Of a DNA stretch of 64,000 nt, positions 18,533 through 28,059 are shown piece by piece. Under the pieces are notes generated by a model. It searched no databases. It saw only the letters and a program-made list of their open reading frames with translations, and was not told where the DNA came from. Source of the DNA: Calditrichia bacterium (lineage in GTDB: Bacteria; Calditrichota; Calditrichia; RBG-13-44-9; J075); contig JBOEGD010000024.1 of assembly GCA_050633245.1 (NCBI GenBank), forward strand, positions 331,799 to 395,798, read 5' to 3'. The first letter of the stretch is position 1; each line of letters begins with the position of its first letter. The position numbers and the translations under genes were made by a program.

Positions 18533-21500
18533 TTAGCGCAGCAGCAACATGCGTCTGCTTTTATTAAACACACCTGCCTTTACGCGATAGAAATAAATGC
18601 CGGAGGCAACTAATCCTCCATTATCACCTCGACCATCCCAACGAAATTCATGGCTTCCCGCCTCAAGATCATCTGAAACCAGCTTGCGCACACGTTGTCC
18701 CAGTGTATTAAAAATCTCCAGTTTCACAGCGGTATCAACCGGCAAATCCAGCTGGATTTTTGTTGATGGATTAAAGGGGTTTGGAAAGTTTTGCTTTAAG
18801 GCAAACCGTTCCGGAATGATCGGTTCAGTTGGTCGACCTTCTATCTTAGGTGCTATCACCCGTGCGGCATCACCGGGAGCAGAGGTTTTGGTGGTGTAGT
18901 AGCGAATGACCGTCCCAGCCGGTGGCGGAGTGCCTGCTCCGGAAAAATCGCAGTAGGTCGTCCGGCCAATTGCGTAAGAGAAGCTACCGTGAAGATCGGC
19001 ATAAAAGTTGTCAACGGCACGGGTGCTGTAGATATTTCCAGGTCCACCATCGGCCAGGCACTGCGCGGCAAAGTCGTCATAGGATGTAGTGCCGGGACTG
19101 CCATCTGCCGGATCGAAAAAGTAGACCGGATCTGAGCTGGGAAGACCAAACTTCGGATCGATACCACTTCCCCATCCCCATGAAGCTGTGGGAGTTCCTG
19201 AAGCAGAGATTAGAATTGGAATCATACGCACATCATCGGTGGGATCATCAGGAGTCTCAAAACCGATATTCCAGAGCTCAAAGGGAACCTCAGCGATCAT
19301 ATTGTTTTCATAGCCAAAAACGGCATAGGAACCGCCGCTGGTAAATCGAATCTCATACTCATCCGGAACGGCATACTGGATGTTACGCTCCAGCGCAGAA
19401 AGATCACTCAATCCCGGCCCGGTGCTGACATAGTACTCGTTGGTGCTGTTAAGAGATTGCCAAACTGAATTTCCACTAAAGGGAGCACCGTCATCCCAGT
19501 CAGTAGAGTCCAGAGGATTTCCGGCAAAGGCAACTTCAACGATGCCAACTTCACCGGTTCCGATGGTTAATATTCCCGGCTCAGGTTTAAAAACTTTCCA
19601 TTCAATCCCGTCCACTATCGGAAAAACATTGTTTGCCTGATCGAGAATCCGCTGATCGTCGAGCTTGACCCTGTTGTTTTGAAGATCTGTAAGCCTCCAG
19701 CGAAGCGAAGTATCCGCTGCTGTTCCATAAAAATCTATTTCATAAGTATGTCCGTTCAGGTAATTGATGTCAACGATCGTTGGTTCTATGGTTCCTTCAA
19801 CTCCCTGTATAATTCCCACATCAAGAATTCGCTGCCAAAGAGGTGATGGCTCCCATGCTACCGCGGGATATGCACCTCGGCCGATGACAAAATGGCCGTC
19901 GAAACGCAAGCGATACTGATAAGAAACCGCGCTGATGGAATTTCCGACCAGGTCGAGAAAAATGTCGTTATTGCTAAGAGTATCACCTGCTGCGATTACT
20001 TCTGGAACTATAGACGTTTGACCTAAACGGAGCTCTGCAAACTCTATCTCTGATATCTCATTCTGAAAATCCTCATTGATAATATCAAAACCGAGGCGCG
20101 CGTTTTCACGTTGATTAATATAAAGATCCTGAAGTCCGTTTTCATACAGCATGCGCAGGTTGGTTAATTTGGGGGATGGGCGCAGACACAGGTTTTGTAA
20201 TATTGCCGGGAATGTGAGTTGTTCCGTGCCGCTGGTAAACGTTAACCGGCCTTCGAAAGGATATTTTTTGTTAGAAATGTCGATGCTGCCGCTATAAACC
20301 CCGTCTCCGGCAAGAGTGTCGCCATTCTGTCCGTCATCGTAAATCTGAAATGAAAAACCTGGATCATTACCAATTAGTGCTGAGCAGGTGATTTTCACTA
20401 CACCAGAGGCATGAAACCCATTCAGATCGCTATAGACCTGTAGATTAGAGCTCGAACTTCCCGGTTGAATAGAGTATGTAATCCCGGGTCGCGGAGCTGA
20501 TTCGCCAAAGCTTTCCCGTATCGCGGAAACATTATTACGGAAGGCGATTAAACCCGACAAATTGTCTTCCTGTTCATCATTGAAGCCACCTACCAATGCG
20601 TAAATAACTTCCTGCGTGTCGCTGTTAGCGAGTGTAAAGGGGCCGGAGTTCAGAAAAACAGCGCGATCCTCTTTGGAAAGATTATCACCTGTTGCATCCA
20701 GATCACCAAGCTGTACCACCGGATTTCCGTCGAGAGGAAAGAAAGTCTGTTCTCCGGCTTGGGGGCCAGATCGGTAAACCTGTGCTATTTGAATACTGGT
20801 ATCCGGTTCCGGGAGATAACCGCGCAGCCAGTTATACCAACGCTGTGGAGTGATTCCCGGGGCAATCTGACCGGAAAAGATATCTTCATCGGACGGGCTG
20901 TTACCGCCACGATACGTAAAGGAGCTCATTGGAATATTGCGATAACCATCTCGCGTTCTAAAATCGAACTGTGCTTGCTCTCCGGGAGCTTCTGACAACG
21001 GCCCTTGAAGTAGTGTAACACCAAATGCAGGTGTTCCCACTCCCTGAGTGCCCACATCAATGACTGTACCGTTGTAAACATATACTAACTGCTCACTGCT
21101 GTCTGAGCCAGCCAGATCATTATTAAACTCGCCGATTTCGATATCGGAAAAGTATGATAAGTACATCTGTTCTATATCATAACCGGATTTATTTAATATT
21201 CGATAGCGGCGAAATATAGCATTCTCATTTGCCGTGTTGACTGTAGCACTGCGATTCCACTGCGTGACCTGTAGTTCGAGTCCGACTGGTTCTGAACCAA
21301 AAACCTGAGCATTTGGTCCGGTGGCCAGATCGTGGCATACGAACCAGATAACCTGTTCGGCATTATCAAGACCCGGTTCGTCGACTCCAGGATCCCATTG
21401 TCCATTATTGTTGAGGTCATAATAGGGAGCTCCAAGATCTCCGGGCCAGTTTTCCCAATCAAATTTATATTGATTCAAGACTTGGCGTTCCTGAGCGGGT

Positions 21501-22036
21501 GTCACATTGGAAAAAGAAATATCGAACAAAGCTGCTGCTTCAACCCGAACTTCGGTTAGGCCTTCGATGGGGTTACCATTGCCATCGAAGAATTGCTGCC
21601 AGTCTCGGCGAATTCGATAGATCCTAACGCGCGGGTCGGAGGAAGAAATAGCTATTGGTGGAGAGGTGGTCGTTCCAGGTGTCTCAATCCAACCTTCACT
21701 TGTAGCGCTTTCATAAAGTTGTCCTCCGGTGCGCAGTGGATTGCCAGCCGCAGGATTCGTAACGATACCGCTCCAAACCACACCGCTTGCAAATACGGTC
21801 GACAGGGCACTGCCCGGGTAGCTTGAGCCGGAAAAAGAGAAAGGACTTTGATCTGCAAGGCCATTGTTTTGTAGCCAGGCGTAAACCTGGTTTTTAGTGC
21901 TAATGCTTGATTGAAGTGCATTGAAATGTTGAGTTGCTTGCAGAGCCGTTTTATTCGGCATTTGAGCGAAAAGGTTGTTGGCGATTACAAAGATGAACGT
22001 AAATAGCCAATGAATTGATGTTGAATTGCTTTGCAT
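18533..22036 (-). CDS. large secreted protein, uncharacterised family, with T9SS type-A/FlgD-Ig-like C-terminal domain
   Basis: Signal peptide; core shared with genes at 28060, 30421 and 55453; YDDGQNGDTLAGDGVYS motif; C-terminal QNFPNPFNPST...SGIYFYR...MLLLR. Confidence 0.85.
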   Translation of the reverse strand: MQSNSTSIHWLFTFIFVIANNLFAQMPNKTALQATQHFNALQSSISTKNQVYAWLQNNGLADQSPFSFSGSSYPGSALSTVFASGVVWSGIVTNPAAGNPLRTGGQLYESATSEGWIETPGTTTSPPIAISSSDPRVRIYRIRRDWQQFFDGNGNPIEGLTEVRVEAAALFDISFSNVTPAQERQVLNQYKFDWENWPGDLGAPYYDLNNNGQWDPGVDEPGLDNAEQVIWFVCHDLATGPNAQVFGSEPVGLELQVTQWNRSATVNTANENAIFRRYRILNKSGYDIEQMYLSYFSDIEIGEFNNDLAGSDSSEQLVYVYNGTVIDVGTQGVGTPAFGVTLLQGPLSEAPGEQAQFDFRTRDGYRNIPMSSFTYRGGNSPSDEDIFSGQIAPGITPQRWYNWLRGYLPEPDTSIQIAQVYRSGPQAGEQTFFPLDGNPVVQLGDLDATGDNLSKEDRAVFLNSGPFTLANSDTQEVIYALVGGFNDEQEDNLSGLIAFRNNVSAIRESFGESAPRPGITYSIQPGSSSSNLQVYSDLNGFHASGVVKITCSALIGNDPGFSFQIYDDGQNGDTLAGDGVYSGSIDISNKKYPFEGRLTFTSGTEQLTFPAILQNLCLRPSPKLTNLRMLYENGLQDLYINQRENARLGFDIINEDFQNEISEIEFAELRLGQTSIVPEVIAAGDTLSNNDIFLDLVGNSISAVSYQYRLRFDGHFVIGRGAYPAVAWEPSPLWQRILDVGIIQGVEGTIEPTIVDINYLNGHTYEIDFYGTAADTSLRWRLTDLQNNRVKLDDQRILDQANNVFPIVDGIEWKVFKPEPGILTIGTGEVGIVEVAFAGNPLDSTDWDDGAPFSGNSVWQSLNSTNEYYVSTGPGLSDLSALERNIQYAVPDEYEIRFTSGGSYAVFGYENNMIAEVPFELWNIGFETPDDPTDDVRMIPILISASGTPTASWGWGSGIDPKFGLPSSDPVYFFDPADGSPGTTSYDDFAAQCLADGGPGNIYSTRAVDNFYADLHGSFSYAIGRTTYCDFSGAGTPPPAGTVIRYYTTKTSAPGDAARVIAPKIEGRPTEPIIPERFALKQNFPNPFNPSTKIQLDLPVDTAVKLEIFNTLGQRVRKLVSDDLEAGSHEFRWDGRGDNGGLVASGIYFYRVKAGVFNKSRRMLLLR

Positions 22037-22201
22037 GCGTTCCTGTGCTCGTTTAATTCAGAAATAAAATATAAATAAAAAGTGGATTAAAACGAATCCT
22101 TTTGACGTAAAGAATGTGTTTGACTATTTATCAATATCGCCAAAGGCAAGAATGGTCTGAAAACAAAGGTGTGGTGTTGGCTTTGAGAGTGGGGGCTTGA
22201 A

Positions 22202-22304
22202 ACTGGAGCAGTTTAAGAGACTGGAGCAGTTTAAGAGACTGGAGCAGTTTAAGAGACTGGAGCAGTTTAAGAGACTGGAGCAGTTTTCAAAACTGCTCCA
22301 GTCT
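22202..22304. repeat. REP-like family B: 4 x 18-bp tandem half-arms plus perfect 33-bp palindrome
   Basis: ACTGGAGCAGTTTAAGAG x4, then AGACTGGAGCAGTTTT-C-AAAACTGCTCCAGTCT (22272-22304). Confidence 0.9.
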
Positions 22305-22310
22305 AGTCGC

Positions 22311-22904
22311 TTACTGCGTTTTCAGTGTCTGAGACATATCAGTTATTGCTTCATCAACAACAGTTTTCAAACTTGCACTGATCGCCTTAACTACTGCAAG
22401 TGGAGATCGCTCCGTTGCCGGTGTGCGTTCGGTTATGTCTTTGCGCCAGACAATCTTGCGCGTTTTGACATCCAGTAGCTCGAAGGCGATGGAAACATTG
22501 CCGTACCAGGCATTTGCTTCATCCCACTCCTCGAGTGCATTTACCTTTGCTTGTAAAATATAATCCGGAATGGCCGTTGACGGCAGGCCAATCACGTTTT
22601 CAAAAGCACCGGAGGACTGAATTTGCTTTAGCACTTGATCGTGGACGATCTTACGTGGTGCCGCGGCCCAACGACGATAGTGATAGTACTGTAGCTCATA
22701 GGGGGAATCGCGATAAACAAGACGGTCGCCGGAGTATACAATATCTGCCTCGAATGATTTAATGCCGAGCGTTACCGGGATACTGCTTGCTGATGCTTCA
22801 GGCATATCATAATTCAGGCTATAGTAAAACGTTTTGGGCGTGCCGCCACAGCTTATCAGCAGAGATGAAAGTAACAGGGCGGTAATTAAATGAAATCTTT
22901 TCAC
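22311..22904 (-). CDS. ABC transport auxiliary lipoprotein (PqiC-like)
   Basis: Lipobox LISC; YYSL, LVYR...YYHYRRWAAAP; last gene of the MCE operon. Confidence 0.82.
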   Translation of the reverse strand: MKRFHLITALLLSSLLISCGGTPKTFYYSLNYDMPEASASSIPVTLGIKSFEADIVYSGDRLVYRDSPYELQYYHYRRWAAAPRKIVHDQVLKQIQSSGAFENVIGLPSTAIPDYILQAKVNALEEWDEANAWYGNVSIAFELLDVKTRKIVWRKDITERTPATERSPLAVVKAISASLKTVVDEAITDMSQTLKTQ

Positions 22905-22933
22905 GGTCTATATCTCCGATAGTTGTTTGCTTG

Positions 22934-23830
22934 TTACGGTAAATCGCGCTCAGATGGTGCAGCTTTGCGAATCAACATCCATGGACGTTCTTTCAGCATG
23001 CGAGTAATGTCTTCCAGGTTTTGAGAGGAAATTTGATAGCTATCAAGTATTTCAACGACGTTTGCATTGTTCGAATCGATAAGCGTCTGTAAGCTGGCCA
23101 ATGTAAGCTGCATGTTAGAAAGCAGTTCATTCGACTGATCACTTGAATTTTTCAGATTGGCAAGAATTCCGTCGATGTTGCCTTTGTTGCCGTTAAACGT
23201 GCCATCAAGCGAACCAGTCAGCTTATTCAACCTTTCGCTGAGTATGCGGAAGTTGCGCACAGTCTCGGACATTTGAAGTCGGCTGTCAGACATCAGCGTA
23301 TCCATATTGCCAACTATTGATGTAAGATGACTCTGGTTGTCGTTTCCCAGGAAGCTGTTAACTTGGGTCATTAACGTTTGTAACTCACCGGTTATGTTGC
23401 CCATGTCTTCAGCCAGCTGCGGAAAACCAGCTACTTCTTTGGTTGGAATAACGCTTTCTGTCGGAAGAAGGCTGGAGCTATTACTACCCGGACTTATTTC
23501 AATGTGATTTTCCGACATGATGCCAAGTGCAGTGATAAAAGCGCGCGAGTCTACCCGAACCGGAATGTCTTCATTTACAATGATCTGTACTTCAATAGGG
23601 GCTGCTTCATTATCGGTTAATCCGATGCTGGTAACTTGTCCAACATCCATACCGACATATTTCACCAGTGAACCTTCAGTAATTCCGCCGATATACTCCA
23701 AATTGAGTTTATAGTCGTTTGTGCTGTTACCAACACCGATGCCGAAGATGGTTACCAGAAAGAGGGTTAGAAGTGCCAGACTGACAACGAGCATCAGACC
23801 GGTTTTGATTTCATTCGATTTGTATTCCAT
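22934..23830 (-). CDS. mlaD: MlaD/MCE family protein
   Basis: EIKTG plus TM helix; GGITEGSLVKYVGMDVGQV; IEISPG; long helical C-terminus. Confidence 0.88.
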   Translation of the reverse strand: MEYKSNEIKTGLMLVVSLALLTLFLVTIFGIGVGNSTNDYKLNLEYIGGITEGSLVKYVGMDVGQVTSIGLTDNEAAPIEVQIIVNEDIPVRVDSRAFITALGIMSENHIEISPGSNSSSLLPTESVIPTKEVAGFPQLAEDMGNITGELQTLMTQVNSFLGNDNQSHLTSIVGNMDTLMSDSRLQMSETVRNFRILSERLNKLTGSLDGTFNGNKGNIDGILANLKNSSDQSNELLSNMQLTLASLQTLIDSNNANVVEILDSYQISSQNLEDITRMLKERPWMLIRKAAPSERDLP

Positions 23831-23849
23831 GGCGTGCGACCACTCTTGT

Positions 23850-23905
23850 ATTGATAATTGATGATTTATTATTGGTGATTAACAACGGAACTCAGAACTC
23901 AGAAT
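23850..23905. repeat. 7-nt-phased degenerate array inside the operon
   Basis: ATTGATA ATTGATG ATTTATT ATTGGTG ATTAACA ACGGAAC TCAGAAC TCAGAAT. Confidence 0.6.
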
Positions 23906-23914
23906 TACATTGTA

Positions 23915-24709
23915 TCATGTTCCGAATATCGTATTCAAATACGCATCCCGATCAATTTCTTCGGTATCCGGAACCCGATCAAAAAACTGGGTGATAATGT
24001 CATTGTTGCTGTTTCGCAACTCATCCGGAGTTCCCACGGCTAAAACCTTGCCCTCGTGCATCATTGCAATTCGATCTGCAATCAGGAACACCGATGCAAG
24101 CTCGTGTGTTACAACGACGGTGGTCATGTTAAAGGCTTTTTTCAGCCGAATAACCAGATTGTCGATACCTGCTGCAACAACCGGATCGAGACCGGCGGAG
24201 GGTTCATCGCAGAACAGAATCTCCGGGTCGATAGCAATTGCTCGAGCAAGACCAGCGCGCTTTTTCATTCCACCGGAAAGCTGAGACGGCATAAAGTTAT
24301 CGAACCCGGATAATCCGACCGACTCGAGCTTCATACGCATCATAATCTGAATAATGCTTTCCTCCAGGTCGGTGTGCTCGCGGATCGGAAGCGAAACGTT
24401 TTCGCCGACCGTCATCGAGTTAAAGAGTGCTGCGGACTGAAACAGCATGCCGACTTTCTTCAGAATCTCAACTTTGTCATCGCCATCAACCTTCCCGATA
24501 TCCTGCCCCTTAATGAGGATTTCCCCACCAGCCGGTTTATATAAACCGATCATATGACGAAGAAAGGTACTTTTACCGCAACCGGATCGACCGAGGATAA
24601 CCATTGTTTCGCCGGGATAAATGTCCAGGCTTACGCCGTCCAGAACAACGCGTTCTCCATAGGTGGCAATAAGATTGCGCACCTGAATAATTGGTTCTTT
24701 TTCTTCCAT
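23915..24709 (-). CDS. mlaF: MlaF/Mkl-type ABC ATP-binding protein
   Basis: GRSGCGKS, GMLFQSAALFNSMTV, LSGGMKKRAGLARA, DEPSAGLDP. Confidence 0.92.
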   Translation of the reverse strand: MEEKEPIIQVRNLIATYGERVVLDGVSLDIYPGETMVILGRSGCGKSTFLRHMIGLYKPAGGEILIKGQDIGKVDGDDKVEILKKVGMLFQSAALFNSMTVGENVSLPIREHTDLEESIIQIMMRMKLESVGLSGFDNFMPSQLSGGMKKRAGLARAIAIDPEILFCDEPSAGLDPVVAAGIDNLVIRLKKAFNMTTVVVTHELASVFLIADRIAMMHEGKVLAVGTPDELRNSNNDIITQFFDRVPDTEEIDRDAYLNTIFGT

Positions 24710-24712
24710 ATC

Positions 24713-25510
24713 CTATAACACTGAGTAAAATAAAACGGTGAAGAAAAGGTCTGCCAGGATTATCAGAAAGATGGATACAACAACCGACTTCGTTGTTGCT
24801 TGTCCAACACTATCTGCACCGCCACTGGCGGAAAATCCCTGATAGACGCCATTTATTGCAATGATGCCTGCAAATACAAAGCTCTTAATTAGTCCGCTGG
24901 ACAAGTCTTTGATTGTCAGGGCAGACTCAACTTGATTCAAATAGCGAACGCTGGTAAGATCCAGTGAGGTCATGGCAAAAAGATAACCTCCGGCAATTCC
25001 CAGAAAGTCTGCGATAATCGTAAGGCAGGGCAGCATAACCAACATCGCCAAGGTGCGCGGTACAACCAAAAAGTGAATAGGGTTAAATCCCATTGTCTGT
25101 AGCGCATCCACCTCTTCTGAAACCTTCATGGTGGCAATTTCGGCGCTGATAGCGGAGCCCGAGCGTCCGGCAATGATGATGGCCGTTAGCAGCGGGGCTA
25201 ATTCACGAACGGTTGAAACCGTTGAAAGATTTGCCACATAGATTGTTGCACCAAACTGCTCCAGCTGATAGGCAGACTGCATGGCAATAATCATCCCTAC
25301 AAAAAAGGCGATCACCGAAACGATCGGAATTGAGTCAAAACCCATATAGGTTGCCTGCTGCAGCGTGCTGGGCCAGCGAATCTTTTTTCCCTTAAACGGG
25401 GCAATTAGCATCCAGTAAAAGACATCCTGCACCATCTGGATGATATTTCCGCCGGTTTGAAGGAGCTCAAACGTTCTGCGGCCGATATGTCCAAAAATAC
25501 GATTCGTCAG
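24713..25510 (-). CDS. mlaE: MlaE-family ABC permease (probable CTG start)
   Basis: RELAPLLTAIIIAGRSGSAISAEIATMKVSEEVDAL, VVPR; frame is open upstream of ATG 25435 to CTG 25510, which has GGAGGG 7 nt upstream. Confidence 0.9.
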   Translation of the reverse strand: MTNRIFGHIGRRTFELLQTGGNIIQMVQDVFYWMLIAPFKGKKIRWPSTLQQATYMGFDSIPIVSVIAFFVGMIIAMQSAYQLEQFGATIYVANLSTVSTVRELAPLLTAIIIAGRSGSAISAEIATMKVSEEVDALQTMGFNPIHFLVVPRTLAMLVMLPCLTIIADFLGIAGGYLFAMTSLDLTSVRYLNQVESALTIKDLSSGLIKSFVFAGIIAINGVYQGFSASGGADSVGQATTKSVVVSIFLIILADLFFTVLFYSVL

Positions 25511-25513
25511 AAC

Positions 25514-25852
25514 TTAACCCTCCACGCCTATCGCCGCGTCAACCGTCTGATGGATATCAAAAACCTGATCTAAACGACTTAATTCAAATACGCTTAAGAC
25601 TTCTGGTGTAACTGCGGCAAGAGCAAATGAACCTTTATAGCCACCAGTCTTTTGCAGGGCTTCTACCAGTGTTGCAAGTCCGGAACTGTCCATATAGCTA
25701 ACGCCTGACAGGTCCACAACAATACGGTTAGCTTTAACATCCGTAAGCCCGTTTAGAGCTTCCCGTAGCTTGGGCGATGAGTATAGGTCGACTTCGCCTG
25801 ATACGGCGATAACTTTTGCTGCACCCTTTTCGGCGGTATCCACGTTAATCAT
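25514..25852 (-). CDS. STAS-domain protein (RsbV/SpoIIAA-like; MlaB position)
   Basis: GEVDLYSSPKLR; VDLSGVSYMDSSGLATL with the phospho-acceptor Ser motif. Confidence 0.9.
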   Translation of the reverse strand: MINVDTAEKGAAKVIAVSGEVDLYSSPKLREALNGLTDVKANRIVVDLSGVSYMDSSGLATLVEALQKTGGYKGSFALAAVTPEVLSVFELSRLDQVFDIHQTVDAAIGVEG

Positions 25853-26297
25853 TTTCCTGCTTTCTGCCGGGCAAATATTTCACCAGCTTTAATTTGTTTC
25901 CATCTTCTTTACTATAGCTGAATTCAACTTCATCCATAACGGATTGGATCAAGTGCACGCCAAGTCCGCCGGGACGTATGTCGTCCAGATCGCGAGACTT
26001 GATAACTGCTTTATCCACTTCTTCTCCAAAATCCTGTAAAACGATTTGCAGTCGGTCTTCGTGAACCTCGCAGAAAACGTTAATTGGCTGATCATCAGCG
26101 CCTTTGTAAGAATGACGTATGATGTTGGCAACTGCTTCGTCTACGGCTAAAATCAACTCGTTGCGACCAGCATCTGAAAATTCACATAGATGGCAAAGAT
26201 GCTGAATGCCGCATCGCACGATCTTTAGCAGTTTTGGATGGCTTTCCACGCGTATTTCAACAGAAGTCAAATTGCGCTCCAGATTATCTATTGCCAT
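25845..26297 (-). CDS. RsbW/SpoIIAB-like Ser kinase (HATPase_c_2)
   Basis: LAVDEAVANIIRHSY, DFG, RPGGLGVHLI..VMDEV. Confidence 0.88.
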   Translation of the reverse strand: MAIDNLERNLTSVEIRVESHPKLLKIVRCGIQHLCHLCEFSDAGRNELILAVDEAVANIIRHSYKGADDQPINVFCEVHEDRLQIVLQDFGEEVDKAVIKSRDLDDIRPGGLGVHLIQSVMDEVEFSYSKEDGNKLKLVKYLPGRKQEND

Positions 26298-27622
26298 TTC
26301 AGCACGACAATGGTTACATCATCTCGCCATTGTTCGTCGCCGGTAAATTTTCGAATATCGTCCATTAAATATTCTATCAACTTCTCTGGTGTGGCAGAAG
26401 AGTTGTTAAAAAGCTCCAGAACACGTTCGAGTGAATACTCGCTGCTGTCCGGCGCCTTTGCTTCAGTGACACCGTCGGTAATCATTATCAGATAGTCGCC
26501 GGTAGATAACGTTATTTCTGATTCCTCATACGTTATGTCTGCCAGAATGCCAAGAGGAACTCCTGCGGAGTCTTCCACAAGCGCGCTGGTATTTGCTGCT
26601 TGCTTAACATGAATAAGTGGAATATGTCCGGCATTGGCGAAAGTAAAACAGCCACTCTTGGTATTCAATATTCCATAGAGAGAGGTAACAAACATACCGC
26701 GCTGACTACGTTCTTGCAGGGTGTTATTCATATCGGACAGTAAGATGCCGGCATCGCGGTATTCCTGCGTATAAAGACGAAAATCGCTTATCATGCGTGC
26801 CATAAACAGCGCTGCTGGCACACCTTTCCCGGAAATGTCACCTATAATCAGCCCCATACGATCTTCATCAAAATCGATGAAATCGTAGAAGTCTCCACCT
26901 ACCGAGCGCGCAGCCAGACTTTCTGCTGCGATGGAAAATGACTGTCCTTCGATGGTTGGAATGTTTTCCGGCATAAAACTCTGTTGAATAGACTGGGCGG
27001 CCTCTAACTGTTGATCCAGTCGTTGTTTTTCGAGCTGTAGTTGAACCATACGGGCGTTTTCAATTGCCAGTGCAACGGATCTACAAAATGCGATAAATAG
27101 TTCAAGGTCAGCATTGTCGAATGGTTCGCCGTCTATGCGGTTGATTACCTCTGCGATTCCGATGATGCGGTCTTTAACGATCAGCGGAACTGCCAGAATG
27201 GATTTCGTTGTAAATCCGGTTTCTTTATCGATTGCCGAATTGAATCGCGGATCTTGCTGAGCATCGGGAATTACCTCTGCTATACCGCTGGTTGCTACGC
27301 TACCGGCTATTCCCTGTCCAAGCTGGAGTTCAATCATCTCAATCTTGTCACCTGCTTCGCCCAATGCTACAGGGCATTCCAGAACGTTGCGGTTTTCATT
27401 GATAATCATAACCGAACTGGCCTCGGCATGCATAACCTTCTGCGCCTTTTCCATTACCAGCCGAATAAGATCGTCCAGATTGAGCGTGGAAGTAATTATA
27501 GCTCCAACTTCGATAAGACCAGAAAGCGCTGCAACTCTGGCCTTTAGCTCATCCCGTTCACGCAGAAGCTCTTCTACGTCGATAGCTTTATCTTTGGGTG
27601 ACGTTTGGTTTGGCATGCTCAT
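26288..27622 (-). CDS. GAF + SpoIIE/PP2C phosphatase (RsbU-like)
   Basis: GAF (GQGIAG.VA, DPRFN..IDKETGFTTKSILAVPL); VGGDFYD, GDISGKGVPAA, TDGVTEA, DDVT. Confidence 0.9.
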   Translation of the reverse strand: MSMPNQTSPKDKAIDVEELLRERDELKARVAALSGLIEVGAIITSTLNLDDLIRLVMEKAQKVMHAEASSVMIINENRNVLECPVALGEAGDKIEMIELQLGQGIAGSVATSGIAEVIPDAQQDPRFNSAIDKETGFTTKSILAVPLIVKDRIIGIAEVINRIDGEPFDNADLELFIAFCRSVALAIENARMVQLQLEKQRLDQQLEAAQSIQQSFMPENIPTIEGQSFSIAAESLAARSVGGDFYDFIDFDEDRMGLIIGDISGKGVPAALFMARMISDFRLYTQEYRDAGILLSDMNNTLQERSQRGMFVTSLYGILNTKSGCFTFANAGHIPLIHVKQAANTSALVEDSAGVPLGILADITYEESEITLSTGDYLIMITDGVTEAKAPDSSEYSLERVLELFNNSSATPEKLIEYLMDDIRKFTGDEQWRDDVTIVVLKWQ

Positions 27623-27863
27623 AATTCGTTAATGCTTTGTGATTGACTGAACACATTCCCTCGGAAGATATCCTTATTCAAAAGAGGCTGAGAAACTCCT
27701 GATTTTCTCAGTATGACTAATGCTAACACTAAGGAGAAAAATCGTGTCACCGTAGATCACAAATTTCCAAAATCGATTTCTTGACGATTCGTCTTTGAGG
27801 GGAGCTTCGACTAAACATATAGCGTGGGAGAACAGTCGAGTTATGAGAGAAGCAAGATGTAAA

Positions 27864-27925
27864 TTGCCTATTGCCTATTGCCTAATTCGCTCATTTCACA
27901 TTTCACAATCACTTTTCACCTTTTA
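27864..27925. repeat. heptamer array (TTGCCTA x3; CATTTCA/CTTTTCA-type units)
   Basis: Direct reading of the intergenic sequence. Confidence 0.7.
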
Positions 27926-27969
27926 CTATTAGTTCCTAAAGCCGGGTAAACCATGAACTTCTTTAAATA

Positions 27970-28030
27970 AAAAAGAATGCCCTCCAAATATCCATCCCGG
28001 AATTCGAAGGGCACCGCTCTTACCGCTGGT
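27970..28030 (-). terminator. long-stem terminator-like element, copy A
   Basis: Minus strand TGCCCTTCGAAT...ATTTGGAGGGCA-TTCTTTTT; near-identical to 30331-30392. Confidence 0.75.
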
Positions 28031-28059
28031 TTTGCAGTTAACTCTACTTTCGACTAAAC

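Noticed and set aside
22202-22304. Possible CRISPR array
   Set aside because: Units are 18 bp and directly adjacent, with no unique spacers and no cas genes. It is a tandem repeat plus palindrome.
22197-22478. 93-aa ORF with (LEQFKR)n repeats
   Set aside because: Translation artefact of the 18-bp repeat, antisense to the lipoprotein gene.
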